NCBI GenBank assembly: GCA_023231475.1
Contig: JALJEE010000615.1
Location: 1-40,679, forward strand
DNA: 40,679 bases
Direction of reading: 5' to 3'
DNA from: Seison nebaliae
Lineage: Eukaryota
Of the stretch, positions 12,740 through 25,111 are shown one piece after another; position 1 is the first letter of the stretch, and the number at the start of each line of letters is the position of its first letter. Below the pieces are notes generated by a model that worked only from the letters and a program-made list of their open reading frames with translations, was not told where the DNA came from and did not search any database. The position numbers were made by a program, and so were the translations under genes.

Positions 12740-14809
12740 ATTTCAAGTTCCGATAACCAAAAAAGATAATTCTAACCAAACTATAATTATGTCGAAAAAA
12801 AAATTATAATTATCCTGATAAAAATTACGATTATATATTTTATTTTTAATTCACTAATCGCAGAATAATAAAGATACATTGCGTGATGGATTAAACATAT
12901 GTCCAAACATTATTTCCAATAAATCAATAATCTCCTAAGGATAATACTTTTCTTCTAAATGAGCTAAATGGAAAAATTAGAAAATTTCAAGGAAGCAAAC
13001 TATACAATGAGATTTAGATTTTTGTTTATTCCAAAATGACGACTATGAATCACAAAGGAAACTCTCTTACATTTCGCCAATGAGAATAGTATTTGAGTAA
13101 TTCAATAAAGTTTAAAAGAAAATTATTTTAATGTGATATAATTATCAAAAAACTATATAATACAAGAAGACTATATAAATTGTTTTTCTATGTTTTCCTC
13201 CCAGTGGCGATTTTTCGCACAAAAAAAAAACGATCAAATTTAATATAGAAGAAATTAATGGGAAGATGAAAAACTTATAGTAACTAAATGTTGGCTTAAT
13301 GAAAATTGAAGTAATTTATGGAAGATGGTAATGAATTTACTAATTTCATTTGGTATTCTTATTTCGTAATAATTCTCTCTTAATTAATTAAGAAATTGAT
13401 TAATAGTATGGAAATTGTATGGAATGGAAAAATGTGTCATTCGGTGTGTAATTTATTCCAACTCAAGCTGTGCCAATAATTCCTCACAACAATTTTGTAA
13501 TTTTCAACATTTACAAATTGAGTAATTGTGTTCATTAAATTAGGGTAGCGTAGTTGTGTTTATAAAAAAGAGAAGTGTAATTTAATATCAATTGAGAGTT
13601 AGTTCGTGTAATTGGAAATGGGGGAATTATAATGCGTATCTTTCCACCATCTCTACGAGTATAATAGAGTGGAGATGATTTTAATCCTGTCCATTGAGAA
13701 GAAACTATCGAACTTCTTCGAAAGGATTGATGACATGAATTCTGCGGTTGGAATTAGCCGACTCGGTTTTACCTCTAATCTTCCACACTATAACCAATCA
13801 TGAAAGGGATATTTATGGAGAGAATGGAGAAGAGAAATAAATGAGTTTTATTTACATTAGATTCGAAATTGTTGTTTGTGTATACGTATTGGAATGTATT
13901 GGATGTGTAAGGTAAAATGGTCTTCCCCTCCCTTCCTAATAAGAGAGAATGAATAAACAGGAAACAATGAACATATTCATCTTATAAATTGTGGAAGATA
14001 TGGAAGACGTTGTCCTCTCCTCACTAAATCATCTTCAATTCAATAATTGAATATTGAATTCCTGTCTTCATTTCATTTACACATACACACACACACATAT
14101 AACAAACAGACATGTATTTGAGGAAGATATAAATCTTTCGAAATTACATAAGAAATCTTATTAATCTGTTTTAGAGAAGAAAACATGATTCATTTCTTTC
14201 TCCACTAAACTTTTCTGTGAGAGAATGATCTAGATGTCTGGACATTTAAAGTTGATTCAACGGAAAAAACATATTCAATCCTTCTCCAACATGTAGAAAT
14301 TCATTACAGTTCTAAATGGAAAAAATCAGCAGTTATTTTCCACCGTGTTGTTTGTGGAGAATCTTGGAGGATATAAATTTTTTTCATACAAAAATCTGTA
14401 TGAATAAGATCCAATCTCTCTCACATCCAATTAACATGTATTTATTAACCACATTTCAATCGCCATTTCATAATGGAATGAGAAAATACAATTTTGTTTT
14501 CTTCGTATATATCTGTCAAAAATAACAAAGAAATTGGAACTAATTCATAAGTTTTATCCTTTCTACTATAATCTTCCCGAAATGCGATTTTCAACTTTCC
14601 GACCGACATCTAACGAAATCGTTAACGGATAAGTAGTATGCAATGAAATCGGTTTCCATTGTATCACGCTGTGTGAGAAATCGTTCTCTATTCAGAAAAA
14701 CAGAAGGTCCCCCTCTCTCATTCGGTGATGTGCAATTATCGATGTCAATAATCGATGTGGATTAAACAATTCATTCTTTCTACACATTTATTGGATCCCC
14801 TTACTATTT

Positions 14810-14820
14810 GTGTGTATGTG

Positions 14821-14852
<32 letters not shown>

Positions 14853-14862
14853 AATGTGAATG
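14810..14862. repeat. (TG)n/(TA)n compound microsatellite
   Basis: Alternating TG and TA dinucleotide runs seen directly. Confidence 0.85.
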
Positions 14863-15762
14863 TATTGTGAAATAGTATGAATTTTTAATACAAACAATCA
14901 TGTGTGTTGTATACCAATTCTCCACAAAAGAATATTTTATTTTTATTAAACAGAATAAATTATAATTAATGGCGATTTTCCTTTTACTGCGATTGTCTCT
15001 ATCATTCTTCTTTTTTGTGCGTTCGCCCACTCTAAATTTTGTGCGGTTGTGTGTGAATAGAGTTTATTTTTTACTGCAACGACTTTAATTTCAATTATTC
15101 TTTCGTTCAATTATTTTAATGAGGTTTCGGAAGCTATTAGCAAATGTCCGATTTCCTAATTAATTAATGTCCAATCTTTCCACTGTTACATTTGCGCTTA
15201 ATAGCCAGCTGCCAATACACATTCTATACATGCAACACATTTGTTGTCATTCGAAAGATGGTCATATAAAGGGAAATGCCACTACTTAGGAGAGGAGTGG
15301 TAGAGGTCGAAGTGACGACCATTATAACAGATATTGATGAACGGAATAGTCATTGAGACGAAGAAGTGTGAGAAAAACCACTAGTAATCCCCTTCCCGTG
15401 TAAAAATGTCTTTCTCTTCCCACCGTACATAAATTTATTTCTCTTCAACATTTTTCTCAGATGAAAACATTTTTTTCTCATTCTTTTTTCTCCTTTCGTC
15501 CCCTAAACAAATGGACGATAGGTGACGATACTTAATTTCATTAGAATAAATAAAACACTTATTATTTATTTATTTCGTCTTTATTTCTTTCTCTCATATA
15601 TTTCTTCAGTTTTTTCTCTTTCTCTTTTTCGTTGGTTTTTGGAATTTGGTGGTGGGAATTTCGGGAGTGATGAGATCATTCTTTTGCCGTTGGTCATGTT
15701 CCCCAATCTCTTTTTCTCCAATAACGAATTCTTTTTATCAATTCATTTATGTACATGTATTC

Positions 15763-15812
15763 TATTATTATTATTCTTCTTCTTATTCTTATAATTCTTA
15801 TTATTCTTATTC
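15763..15812. repeat. (TTATTC)n/(TAT)n simple repeat
   Basis: tattattattattcttcttcttattcttataattcttattattcttattc. Confidence 0.7.
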
Positions 15813-16213
15813 TGATAATTCCGGCTGATAAATCATAAGAATGAAATGTGGAACGATAATGCCAATGAGATATGGTAAATAAATTAGAGAAAATTAATCG
15901 AGTAATTTATTTAATAATTACAATTGTTTCTTTAACAATTCAACATTTTCCCACAACTTCTGTTGTTGAATGAATTGTTATTTGAATGAAAGTTAAATGT
16001 TAATTATCATCTACATTTCTCCATCAGATGGTGAAGAGATTTTGAGTGTGAGAGAAATGAATATTTGTGAGAATAAAATTATAAAATTTTTTCTTTTTCG
16101 GAAATGGTAGATTGAATTCTATATAGATTTTATGTTTATTATTATTTAAAAAAATTCTTTAAAAAATTTTATTTAACAAAAAAAAACAAAAACAAAACGG
16201 AAAATTGTGAAAG

Positions 16214-19108
16214 ATGCCGCGTGTGTGTTATGTTCGCGGTTGCAGTAGTGTGGACGTTCGACAAATGAAAGAGAATGGAGTGAGTTTCCATCGTTTCCCT
16301 CAAGATACGACAATGCTCGCTCAATGGATGAAAGTGCTACCTAAAGTGGAATCGCGTCGTGAAGATCTTTCGGTGAAATATATTTGTTCTTTACATTTTG
16401 AAAAAAAATTTCTTCGTTCACGTGGCTATCAGACGATGTTGGATCGAATAGCCTTGCCATCATTGTCGTTGGATTCGGAGCCGGTTCCAAGGAAACGTCC
16501 AGATGTGTTAAGAATGCGTCAGAATCAAGCAAAAATAAAAAAAGAGAAAATTGAAGCGAATAAAAAATTGAATTGTTCCAATGGGAATACTGGAGTAACA
16601 ACAACAACAACAACGACAGGAATTTCAAATGGAGCGCCATCAACAACGATGGGATTGAACAATCGTGTTCCGATGAGGAAATTTAAACAGAAAATTGATA
16701 ATAAAAATATGAATAATATAAATAATAAGAATTTCTTACCAAACAACAACAACAACATGAATAACGGTATGAGAAATTATTTTGAGTGTGAAGAACCGGA
16801 GAAATTGTATTCGGGTGGAAGAATTCTCAGTTTTCGACATTTGGAAGAATTATTATTGAAACGAGTTTTCATTTCTCCACAACCGTTCTTAAGCGTCGTT
16901 ACATCGGATTATATTATATTTTATACAATCGCTTTAGAAGAAGAAGAATTGAAAGAAAATATTTTTTCTCCATTTTCTTCTACTGTTCCATCGTCTGAAT
17001 CATCAAATTTACAACAAACGATGAATAATCAACAATCGAATCTCCATCCAAATAATTTACAACAAAATAAAATGCCAATGAATGAGAATATACCAACGAA
17101 CAATAATAATAACAACAACAACAATAATAATAATAATAATAATCCGTCAATATCGGTGAAGAATGAACCGGTGACATTAATGGAGAAAATGGAAATAGAT
17201 AAGAATCCCCTGATGAATAAGAAGACAGGAAAAGTGACAGGTGCAACAACGAAAGCATCGAAGAAATTGGTGAATTTGGCATTTCCTCAAATATCGTTTG
17301 CCGTGCAGGTGGACAAGAATTTGGATGTGAAAATTTCACATAATTCCAAAGTGATCGATTGTGATGGAAATATTTTGAAATATATCGGCAAACGACAGAA
17401 AGTGACGACAACTAATAAATTGAAACGATTACTTGATTATTTGACGACGAAAGATAAAACGACAATTATTAATCCGAAACCGTTTTTCTTTTCCAAAATT
17501 GATTACGATTTCTACAACCGACAAAAGATGGAGAAACAAAAATTCGTCAATATTGATAATATGAATACCAACAACAATAACGTCATCAACAACAACAACA
17601 TCAACAATAATAATAATACAAATAATAATATAAATAATAATATAAATAATAATACGAATAATAATAATAATAATATTATTAATAATAATAATAATTATCA
17701 TCAAAATTGTTCACCGTCTCGTTATTTATGTTATCCAGTGGACAAAGATGGTTGTACATCATTAATTCGATCGAATAAAGATAATAATCGTTATCAGAAT
17801 GAATATGTCAACAACAACAATAACAATAATAACAACAACAATAATATAATAATGAATAATAATAATATGACATATAATGGAATGAATAATGGATTTCCAG
17901 TAACATCGAATAATTATGGAATCAAATCGGAATATTATACCGATTCCAAAAATGATGTTAATCGATTCGAGACCATTCATGATATGACAAACAGTGATTT
18001 GATTTCATTGAATTCTCAGCCGAATATGTTGAAGAATCCGTTGAAGATGGAACCGGTCAAAGTCTCTACTTCCCTCAATTGTGCGTCGTTGACTGGTGGA
18101 GGTCTTTGTGACAATAAGAATAATCAGCGACCATTCCAAAATCAGAATAATCCTCCATCAAATCTCACCACTAATTATTTGTCATCTGCCGTCACCACGG
18201 AAAGCTTATTGACATCTCCGTCGATGATTACCGATCCAACATTAACATCGACTAATAACCATCCTCCACCACCTCCACTCTCAACATTCAACACTTTAAC
18301 TAACGCGTTTTGTGACGATGATCCTTTCCATGATCAACAATTGAATTCCATCACTTCCAATGGATCAGTAAATCCTTCACCTGATTTCCTTTCCGATAAC
18401 GTCAATTTTACTCTGGCACAATCGACAATTTACGATTGTTTCGCTGCCGAAGGAACGCCAATACCTGACAATGAATATTTTCATATGAACGATGAGAATA
18501 ATCTGAGATCATTAACAACAGATAATCATCGGAATGATCTCAAGAATTCACAAAATGACATGTTACTCAATTCCGACAATTATAATTTCCAAACAAATTA
18601 TTATTCGTCAGAAGGTGAAGAACACATTTTCACCCCAGTAGTTAACGAGAATACTTTGACGAATAATTGCATAAATCCAGGTGGATCGAATCTCTTACCA
18701 AATTCCGTTTCCACTGTCAACACGAGAACTAGACCAGTTTCTCCTGCCCTCTCCACCGTTCATAATCAATCAGAAAACATTTCTTCTCCCTCAACCACAT
18801 CGATAGCTAATTCAGATTATTCAACTAACGAGAATCGTCCACTCATTACATTTCGACGTGATGCTGCATGTAAAAGGAAATCATCATTATCACCATCAAA
18901 CGGTGGACGAAAAGCCAAAATATCAGAACATTTATACGCCTCACCCGAAGAGACATTGAACGGTTTAATTCGTAATGATTCCATGTCCGATGTTTGTTAT
19001 ACTCCCGCCTACGAAGATCAAGTGATGTCGTGTCAAATCGGTACTAGAAATCGATATGTTCCATTTCCATCACAACGACAAGTCCCTTTATTACATAGTC
19101 GATTCTAG
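16214..19108 (+). CDS. THAP zinc-finger protein with poly-Asn low-complexity tracts, intronless, 964 aa
   Basis: N-terminal C2CH THAP signature: MPRVCYVRGC...VSFHRFP...W...ICSLHF...ALPSL; basic NLS-like stretch; long AAT/AAC tracts; 2.9-kb open frame in AT-rich DNA. Confidence 0.88.
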   Translation: MPRVCYVRGCSSVDVRQMKENGVSFHRFPQDTTMLAQWMKVLPKVESRREDLSVKYICSLHFEKKFLRSRGYQTMLDRIALPSLSLDSEPVPRKRPDVLRMRQNQAKIKKEKIEANKKLNCSNGNTGVTTTTTTTGISNGAPSTTMGLNNRVPMRKFKQKIDNKNMNNINNKNFLPNNNNNMNNGMRNYFECEEPEKLYSGGRILSFRHLEELLLKRVFISPQPFLSVVTSDYIIFYTIALEEEELKENIFSPFSSTVPSSESSNLQQTMNNQQSNLHPNNLQQNKMPMNENIPTNNNNNNNNNNNNNNNPSISVKNEPVTLMEKMEIDKNPLMNKKTGKVTGATTKASKKLVNLAFPQISFAVQVDKNLDVKISHNSKVIDCDGNILKYIGKRQKVTTTNKLKRLLDYLTTKDKTTIINPKPFFFSKIDYDFYNRQKMEKQKFVNIDNMNTNNNNVINNNNINNNNNTNNNINNNINNNTNNNNNNIINNNNNYHQNCSPSRYLCYPVDKDGCTSLIRSNKDNNRYQNEYVNNNNNNNNNNNNIIMNNNNMTYNGMNNGFPVTSNNYGIKSEYYTDSKNDVNRFETIHDMTNSDLISLNSQPNMLKNPLKMEPVKVSTSLNCASLTGGGLCDNKNNQRPFQNQNNPPSNLTTNYLSSAVTTESLLTSPSMITDPTLTSTNNHPPPPPLSTFNTLTNAFCDDDPFHDQQLNSITSNGSVNPSPDFLSDNVNFTLAQSTIYDCFAAEGTPIPDNEYFHMNDENNLRSLTTDNHRNDLKNSQNDMLLNSDNYNFQTNYYSSEGEEHIFTPVVNENTLTNNCINPGGSNLLPNSVSTVNTRTRPVSPALSTVHNQSENISSPSTTSIANSDYSTNENRPLITFRRDAACKRKSSLSPSNGGRKAKISEHLYASPEETLNGLIRNDSMSDVCYTPAYEDQVMSCQIGTRNRYVPFPSQRQVPLLHSRF

Positions 19109-20053
19109 TCGATCTAATCGAATAATTATTTCTATTACTTATTTATTTCTTCCGATAATCATCAACTTTTTTTTTACAAAAACCAATTCTCATATCTCTC
19201 CATTAATTCCATCTTCCATCCATCAAAATTCATCCAATTATATGGATCCTTTTCTTATACTTTTGTCGTTGATCTTCCACTTTTTTCTCAATAACATTTA
19301 TTTTTTATCAATCGACATATTCCTCATCTAATGCAACAGATAATCACTTCTACATCAACTTTATACAAATCGTCTCTATAAAATTTTTCAATTTTTATCA
19401 TTTTTTTTCTAATTTTCTCTTATTTTCTAACAAGAATTTTCTTTATCATTACCGTTACCGTCGAACAATTCAAAAAATTTTTTTTCAAATTTTTGATAAT
19501 TTCATATATTTTCACGTCTCCAATTGAGGAGGATCACAACGTTCTTCTATTCATTTTTGTTTTGCACGAAAATTATTCGAATAGAATTTAGTCAACAACG
19601 TTATCAGGTTTTTTATTCATATTTTCCACTCAATTTTACCAACTTCTAACCACCATTCTTTGACGCAATTTTTTTGTTTGTTAAACTTCACCAAATTCTT
19701 TCATCGATCGGGAAGTTTAATGCGAAAAATTTCGATAAATTTTTTTATAACTTATATTCTCCAAATCCATCGACACACATTCTACCTCACTCATTTATCT
19801 ATTCCGATAATTATGAATTGGACAACATAGTAAAATTATTATGGTTATGCAAGAATTATTTTCGCAATCCAAATGATCTCACTAATTATTCTACTACTAA
19901 CCTCTTTTATATTAAATTAATCGTTATTTTCATAAAACGTTCAATAATAAAATAAAATTTATTAAAAAAATGCGCGAAAATTATTCGAATTTTCTTCTTA
20001 ATCAATAAATTAATAATCAATAAATATCGATAAATTTTCATTGGTCAAATGAA

Positions 20054-22077
20054 ATGAATAATCGATTATCGTTCATGATGGTACATATTTCGTTAATCTT
20101 CTTTATTTTCATGTTGAATCTCATAAATTGTTTGGATCAAACTGGAATACATGAATTTCGCACCATATTTGTAAAGAAGCGCGATCGATTAAATATCGAA
20201 GAACATATCGATATGGAATCATATTTCAGTTTTAAATTATTGTTTAATCCCATGTTTCACATTCAATTTAATCGTAGACGAAGTAAAGCAATCGACGCAC
20301 ATTAATATTCAATGGACAAGAGGATATCGAGAAATTCAACATTCCTTACCAGATTCCATCATATTTGATGATAGTGTTAGATAATTAAATGAGTAGAATG
20401 AACAAAAAAATTTTAATTTTAGTTTCCTTTATTAAGTAATGATGTATTGGCGACGAATGGAACTTATACGATTTCAGCTGATTTAAATAATGGAGTATTT
20501 GGATTATATCGTTCAACCACATCATGGACATCAGCTGGTGCATATTTTCTCATTATAAAAATTCTTGATAAAAAGAAAATTATTGATAAGAAAATTGTAA
20601 GAAATAACATCATAATAATCGGTTCAATTTTTCAATGAACAAATGAATAATTATTAGATACTTCGAATTAGATAATAAGATTTCTATTAATGTCCAGAAA
20701 GATGCATCGGTTGATCAAGGAGAAATAGAATATGAATGTGAAATAGAGATCAGTGCACTTCCCAATTTCCAGAAAATATTCACGATCGTTCTTGAAGAAG
20801 GCACTAAATCTTCAAGTTCATTTATTGTCTTTTTTGATTTTTTGAAAAAATTCGAATAATCAAATTATTTTGGAATTATAATCAGTTCCAAAAATTAACG
20901 ACTTTGGTTATGCCAATGAACATAATCCTGGTGGTGCCAAACTTTATCGTCTGAGTATGATTCATTATATCGTACCAGTTGTTGCGTTGACGGATGGCGC
21001 ATTTATTTGTCGAACGAATGTGAATACTGATCGTTTCGAAAAGATAACTAGTGAAGCGCCAATCACTTTCCAATGTTAAAATTTTGTAACGCGAAATTAT
21101 TTTATGAAATTTATAGACGCAATAAAGAAGAAGAAGTTGGACGAACATGTTCGAATTGCAAAGGATTTAAGAGAGAATACTTACAATATTACTTGTCTTG
21201 GTTTTCATGGTAATCCAAAACCGTTCTACCGATTTTTCTTGAATGATATTGAACTGTTCTCACCTGAAAAGAAAAGACCCTGGGTCATTTTCATCTTCTC
21301 ATATTTCATAACTCATCATTTAAAAATGAACAGATGGAATTTATTTTACCCGTTTGGTTAGAACGTAATGTGAGAATGACAGGGACATGTCTGGTAACAA
21401 ATTATTTGGGTTCGGTAGAACATACTCGTATATTTTATGGTCGAAGTTAAATTTAGGAAAAATTATTTTGTTGAAATTTATTTTGAAAAAAGTTTATAGT
21501 ATTTATCATCGAGAAACGATTAGTAGTGTCGCTGCTCATCACAATATTTTTTGTTGGTATTTTTCATTTGTTATTCGGACACTAAACAAATTGTTTTTAA
21601 TAGCGGAATTTAATTTAGAAAATCCCGAAGGTTAGACAAATTATTTAATTTCTCAATTTTACTTGTATTTTGTTTAAAGTGATTGAAAATAGAATTTATG
21701 GATCGATTGTTGCATTATTAGTTGTCCTAGGCTTTTGTATAGCCAGTCTGTTTTACACGTGCATTAATATGTTGCGTATCTTACGTACCAATAAGGCGAT
21801 GTTACACCAAGTGCAAGAACGTCCTAATGTTGAGTTCGATCAATTAGAAGACGGGAAACTTTATATGGATGACAGTAACAAGAACTTTAACAATAGTGCT
21901 ATTATTGAAAAATTCACGAAACTACAAAGTGCAGTGAGAACGAATTTCTCTCGATTGACTTTGCCGTGGTTCAAAAACGATAATGTGATGAAGGTTCATC
22001 CGAACACCCATCATACCGTATCAAGCAAGGAAAAATTAGAAGTTGCATCTGATCTAGATCCGACAATTCAAAGTTAA
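20054..22077 (+). CDS. Type I membrane protein with probable Ig-like extracellular domains, ~10 exons
   Basis: Signal peptide; Ig-like Cys motifs (IEYECEI...DGAFICRT; YNITCLGFHGNPKP...GTCLVTNYLGS); TM GSIVALLVVLGFCIASLFYTCI; cytoplasmic tail. Nine short GT-AG introns join the frames. Confidence 0.65.
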
Positions 22078-22508
22078 GTTGTTCTTGCAACGATGTTAAG
22101 TAATAAATTCGATTTATTTCGTCATAGGTAATCAAATGAGTATTGATGAGATCCAAAGATCGAATTTTGTCATTGAAGAATAAGTCAATCTGACATCACA
22201 AATAGAAAACAGCAAGAAAATGTATTGATGTCGAGTTGTTGAGACCTTCGCGCTAAAAAATCATTTTTACTTTTTACCGAATAAGAAGAAAAAAACATTT
22301 TCACAATAAAAGAAAACAAAGCAACATTTCGAATTTCGCTTGAAAATTTTTCTCATCCAATTTATTTCTCGCAACCGTTATCCAGATTCATTCATCCATA
22401 TATCTATGTCCTCATCTTTCGCCCAACTTCCTTATTAAATTAAACTGAAATTATCATCTCATAGATTTTTTTTCTTAATATTCATTTATTCTAATCATCT
22501 TTCATCAA

Positions 22509-23763
22509 ATGGGCAATCGAGGTAGCCGAAGTTACTTTAAATGATATAAATGATGATATCTTATTCTTATAATAGTTCCTCCACCGGCTCCCTTACCTCC
22601 AGGTGGTGGTATGTATCCTCCCGGTGGTGGATTTCCACCTCCTTATCCACCTGCTGGCGGTGGATTTCCACCTCCATTTCCACCCGGTGGTGGTGGCGGT
22701 TATCCTCCACCTGGTGGTGGTTTTCCTCCACCTGGTGGTGGTGGTTTTCCTCCTCCTTATCCTCCACCCCCAGGAGGATTCGGAGGAGGGTATGGAGGTC
22801 ATAGACCTCCACCATTCGGAGATGGATATGGACCCGGCGGTGGCCCTTATGGTGGAGGCGATTCGTTCGGTTTAGGTGGTTATGGGTCAAGACCATATGA
22901 TGGTTAGTTTAGGTTTGAAATAATTTTTGATGTTTTTCTTGCTGGCAGATATCAGAGGTGGTGGTTGTGCTACAAAATGTGAAACTGTGTGTTGTACTTG
23001 TTGTCAACCTCCTCCTCCTCCACCTCCGCCAAACGTTCAATCTAATCCACCTCCAATCACTTATATTCAAAGGACTCCATTTGTTACGACGAAAGTGACA
23101 AAAATAGAAACAGTGCCAATGGGACCACCAACCTGTGATAGTTTCACAGAACCAGGTTGTGGTATGGGCAATTCATTCGGTGGATTTCCTAGTTCAATGT
23201 TACCAAATTATGGTTTACCTATGGGTTGTTCGATACCTCAAAATTTCGGTGATGGATGTTGTCTACCGCAATGTTGTCCTCCGCCGTGCTGCCCGCCCCC
23301 GTGTTGTCCTCCTCCGTGCTGCCCTCCCACATTCTGCCCACCACCTTGTGATCCTTGCTGTATTCCATGTTGTCCCCCTGCAGCACCTCCAATGCAATAT
23401 TCAGCGCCTCAACCGCAAATTGCTTATGCTGCACCTCAACCCGCTGTACAGCAAACGATAGCACAACCAGCAGCAGTTTGTCCGCCAGGCACAGTGCCAG
23501 TAACTGTCAATTACACAACACAATCATCAAAAAAACCTGCATGTAAACCAGGGAAAGTCGGAAGAGACGAGAAAGGTCCATTTGTTTATAAGAAGAAATA
23601 TATGTCGTCGGAACTGGAAAACGAACTGTCAAATATTTGTCGAGATGGGGGATTTGCTCGAGCTGCTGCTACAGCCAAATCAGCTCCAATGGTAAGGACG
23701 GCCGCTAAAAGTGGATCAATGATCAAATTCGACTCGAAGAAAATGAGTTTCTCCAAAAAATAA
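22509..23763 (+). CDS. Pro/Gly-repeat plus Cys/Pro-rich protein with an N-terminal MGxxxS motif, 3 exons
   Basis: MGNRGSR|IPPPAP..., (YPPPGGGFPPP)n, (CCPPP)n and a basic C-terminus. Introns 22531-22575 and 22903-22948 keep the frame. The region is GC-rich against the background. Confidence 0.8.
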
Positions 23764-23861
23764 TTACTAATAAATATCGAACAGTTTTTCTATATTTCTT
23801 AACGAATATACTTTCAATATTTATCATGAATCAAATTCACAAAAATAAATTTTTCATCAAA

Positions 23862-23869
23862 TGACGTCA
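23862..23869. promoter_or_regulatory. CRE-like palindrome TGACGTCA upstream of the tetraspanin-like gene
   Basis: Perfect palindrome ~105 nt before the ATG at 23975. Confidence 0.5.
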
Positions 23870-23974
23870 CAATTTTCACATTAAAAATCATTATGTAAAG
23901 GAGATATCATTCTAAAGATAATTTTAGATATAATAATATTATTCGTCAACAATTTTAAATAATTTTCAAAGAGA

Positions 23975-25111
23975 ATGGAAAATGAGAATTCAAATTCGAC
24001 GAAACGACAGATCGATGAAACTGATACAAGTGAAATCGAATATTCTCGAACGGATAAGAAGATTATCATCTGTTATGCTATTTCTATGATTCTTCTGGTT
24101 AGTTATTAAAGAAAGAAAACTATAAAATTTGTTTAGACTGTTTGCGTTTTCATAATGCTTATATCCATCATCTGGTATATGGCCAGTAGTTCCGATTTCA
24201 GGAAAATGTTAGATATCTTCGATATTTCATTCAAACGACTTTTGACCGGTTTATTTTCTTAAAATAATATCTCTAAATTTTTCTTTTAGCTGAAATTGTA
24301 ATTTTGATCGCATGTTTCGGTTTTTGTGGAATTGTAGGTATTCTGGTTTATCGATTGATCTGGAAAAAAGAGAGTTTCTATAAAGCGTTCAATGGAAGAT
24401 TTGGTCATATAGTTTCGAATTAATTTCCTGCTTATAAAGAATAATTTTCGTTTACAGGTTTACAATTTCACCCCATTGATATTGGGAATAGTTTTGATAA
24501 TTTCCATCATCTGTTTTTTGACGTTCAAACAAAAAGTGAAGAATGATGCACGAGGACAATTGGCGTTGTTGAAGGGTAACATGCGAAAATTTGATAATAT
24601 GACTCTCAATGAGAAGACGAATGAATTACAGGAGGAAGTTACATTCTATTGAGAAATAATTCAAATAATTTTTTTATTAACTTCAAGTTAGAATGTTGTT
24701 CAATTTATTCGTTTCACGATTATGACATAAAAGAAGATCAATGTAGCGCCAAGAATTGTACGCAAATATTTGATTTCCGCCTACCTCATAGTTGTGATGT
24801 CGTTAAGAAATATTTAAAGGTTTATCTCTCTCATATTACAATTATCTCATACAATTATTTATTGTGCATCATCGTATGAAAAGGAGGAGAGTGACATACC
24901 ACATTATGTTTGTCAAACGGTTATCGACGATAATAATCGGACATTGGATCGTATCACTGTAATTACCATAGCTCTTCTTGTATTAATTGTTAATTTCTTT
25001 TCATATTTACAAAAATTATCATAATTCCTATTTTTCTAGATATTAATTCCGCTAATGGCACTAGTCTCATTCTTGTGGATTACTCATCGATTTTGCTTTA
25101 AAAACTTTTAA
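23975..25111 (+). CDS. Divergent tetraspanin-like 4-TM protein, 7 exons (mostly missed by the ORF track)
   Basis: The spliced translation gives four hydrophobic segments, CFGFCGIVG in TM2, and a large loop with LQEE-LECCS, further Cys, LPHSC and a final Cys before TM4. Six GTT...AG introns keep the frame through to the TAA at 25109-25111. Confidence 0.7.

Noticed and set aside
16341..17980. Minus-strand ORFs rich in Ile/Val/Tyr/Cys inside the THAP gene
   Set aside because: Antisense shadows of AAT/AAC (poly-Asn) tracts
22550..23546. Multiple overlapping ORFs in other frames of the Pro/Gly/Cys-rich gene
   Set aside because: GC-rich repeats lack stops in several frames; only one frame connects through splice sites from the ATG to the stop
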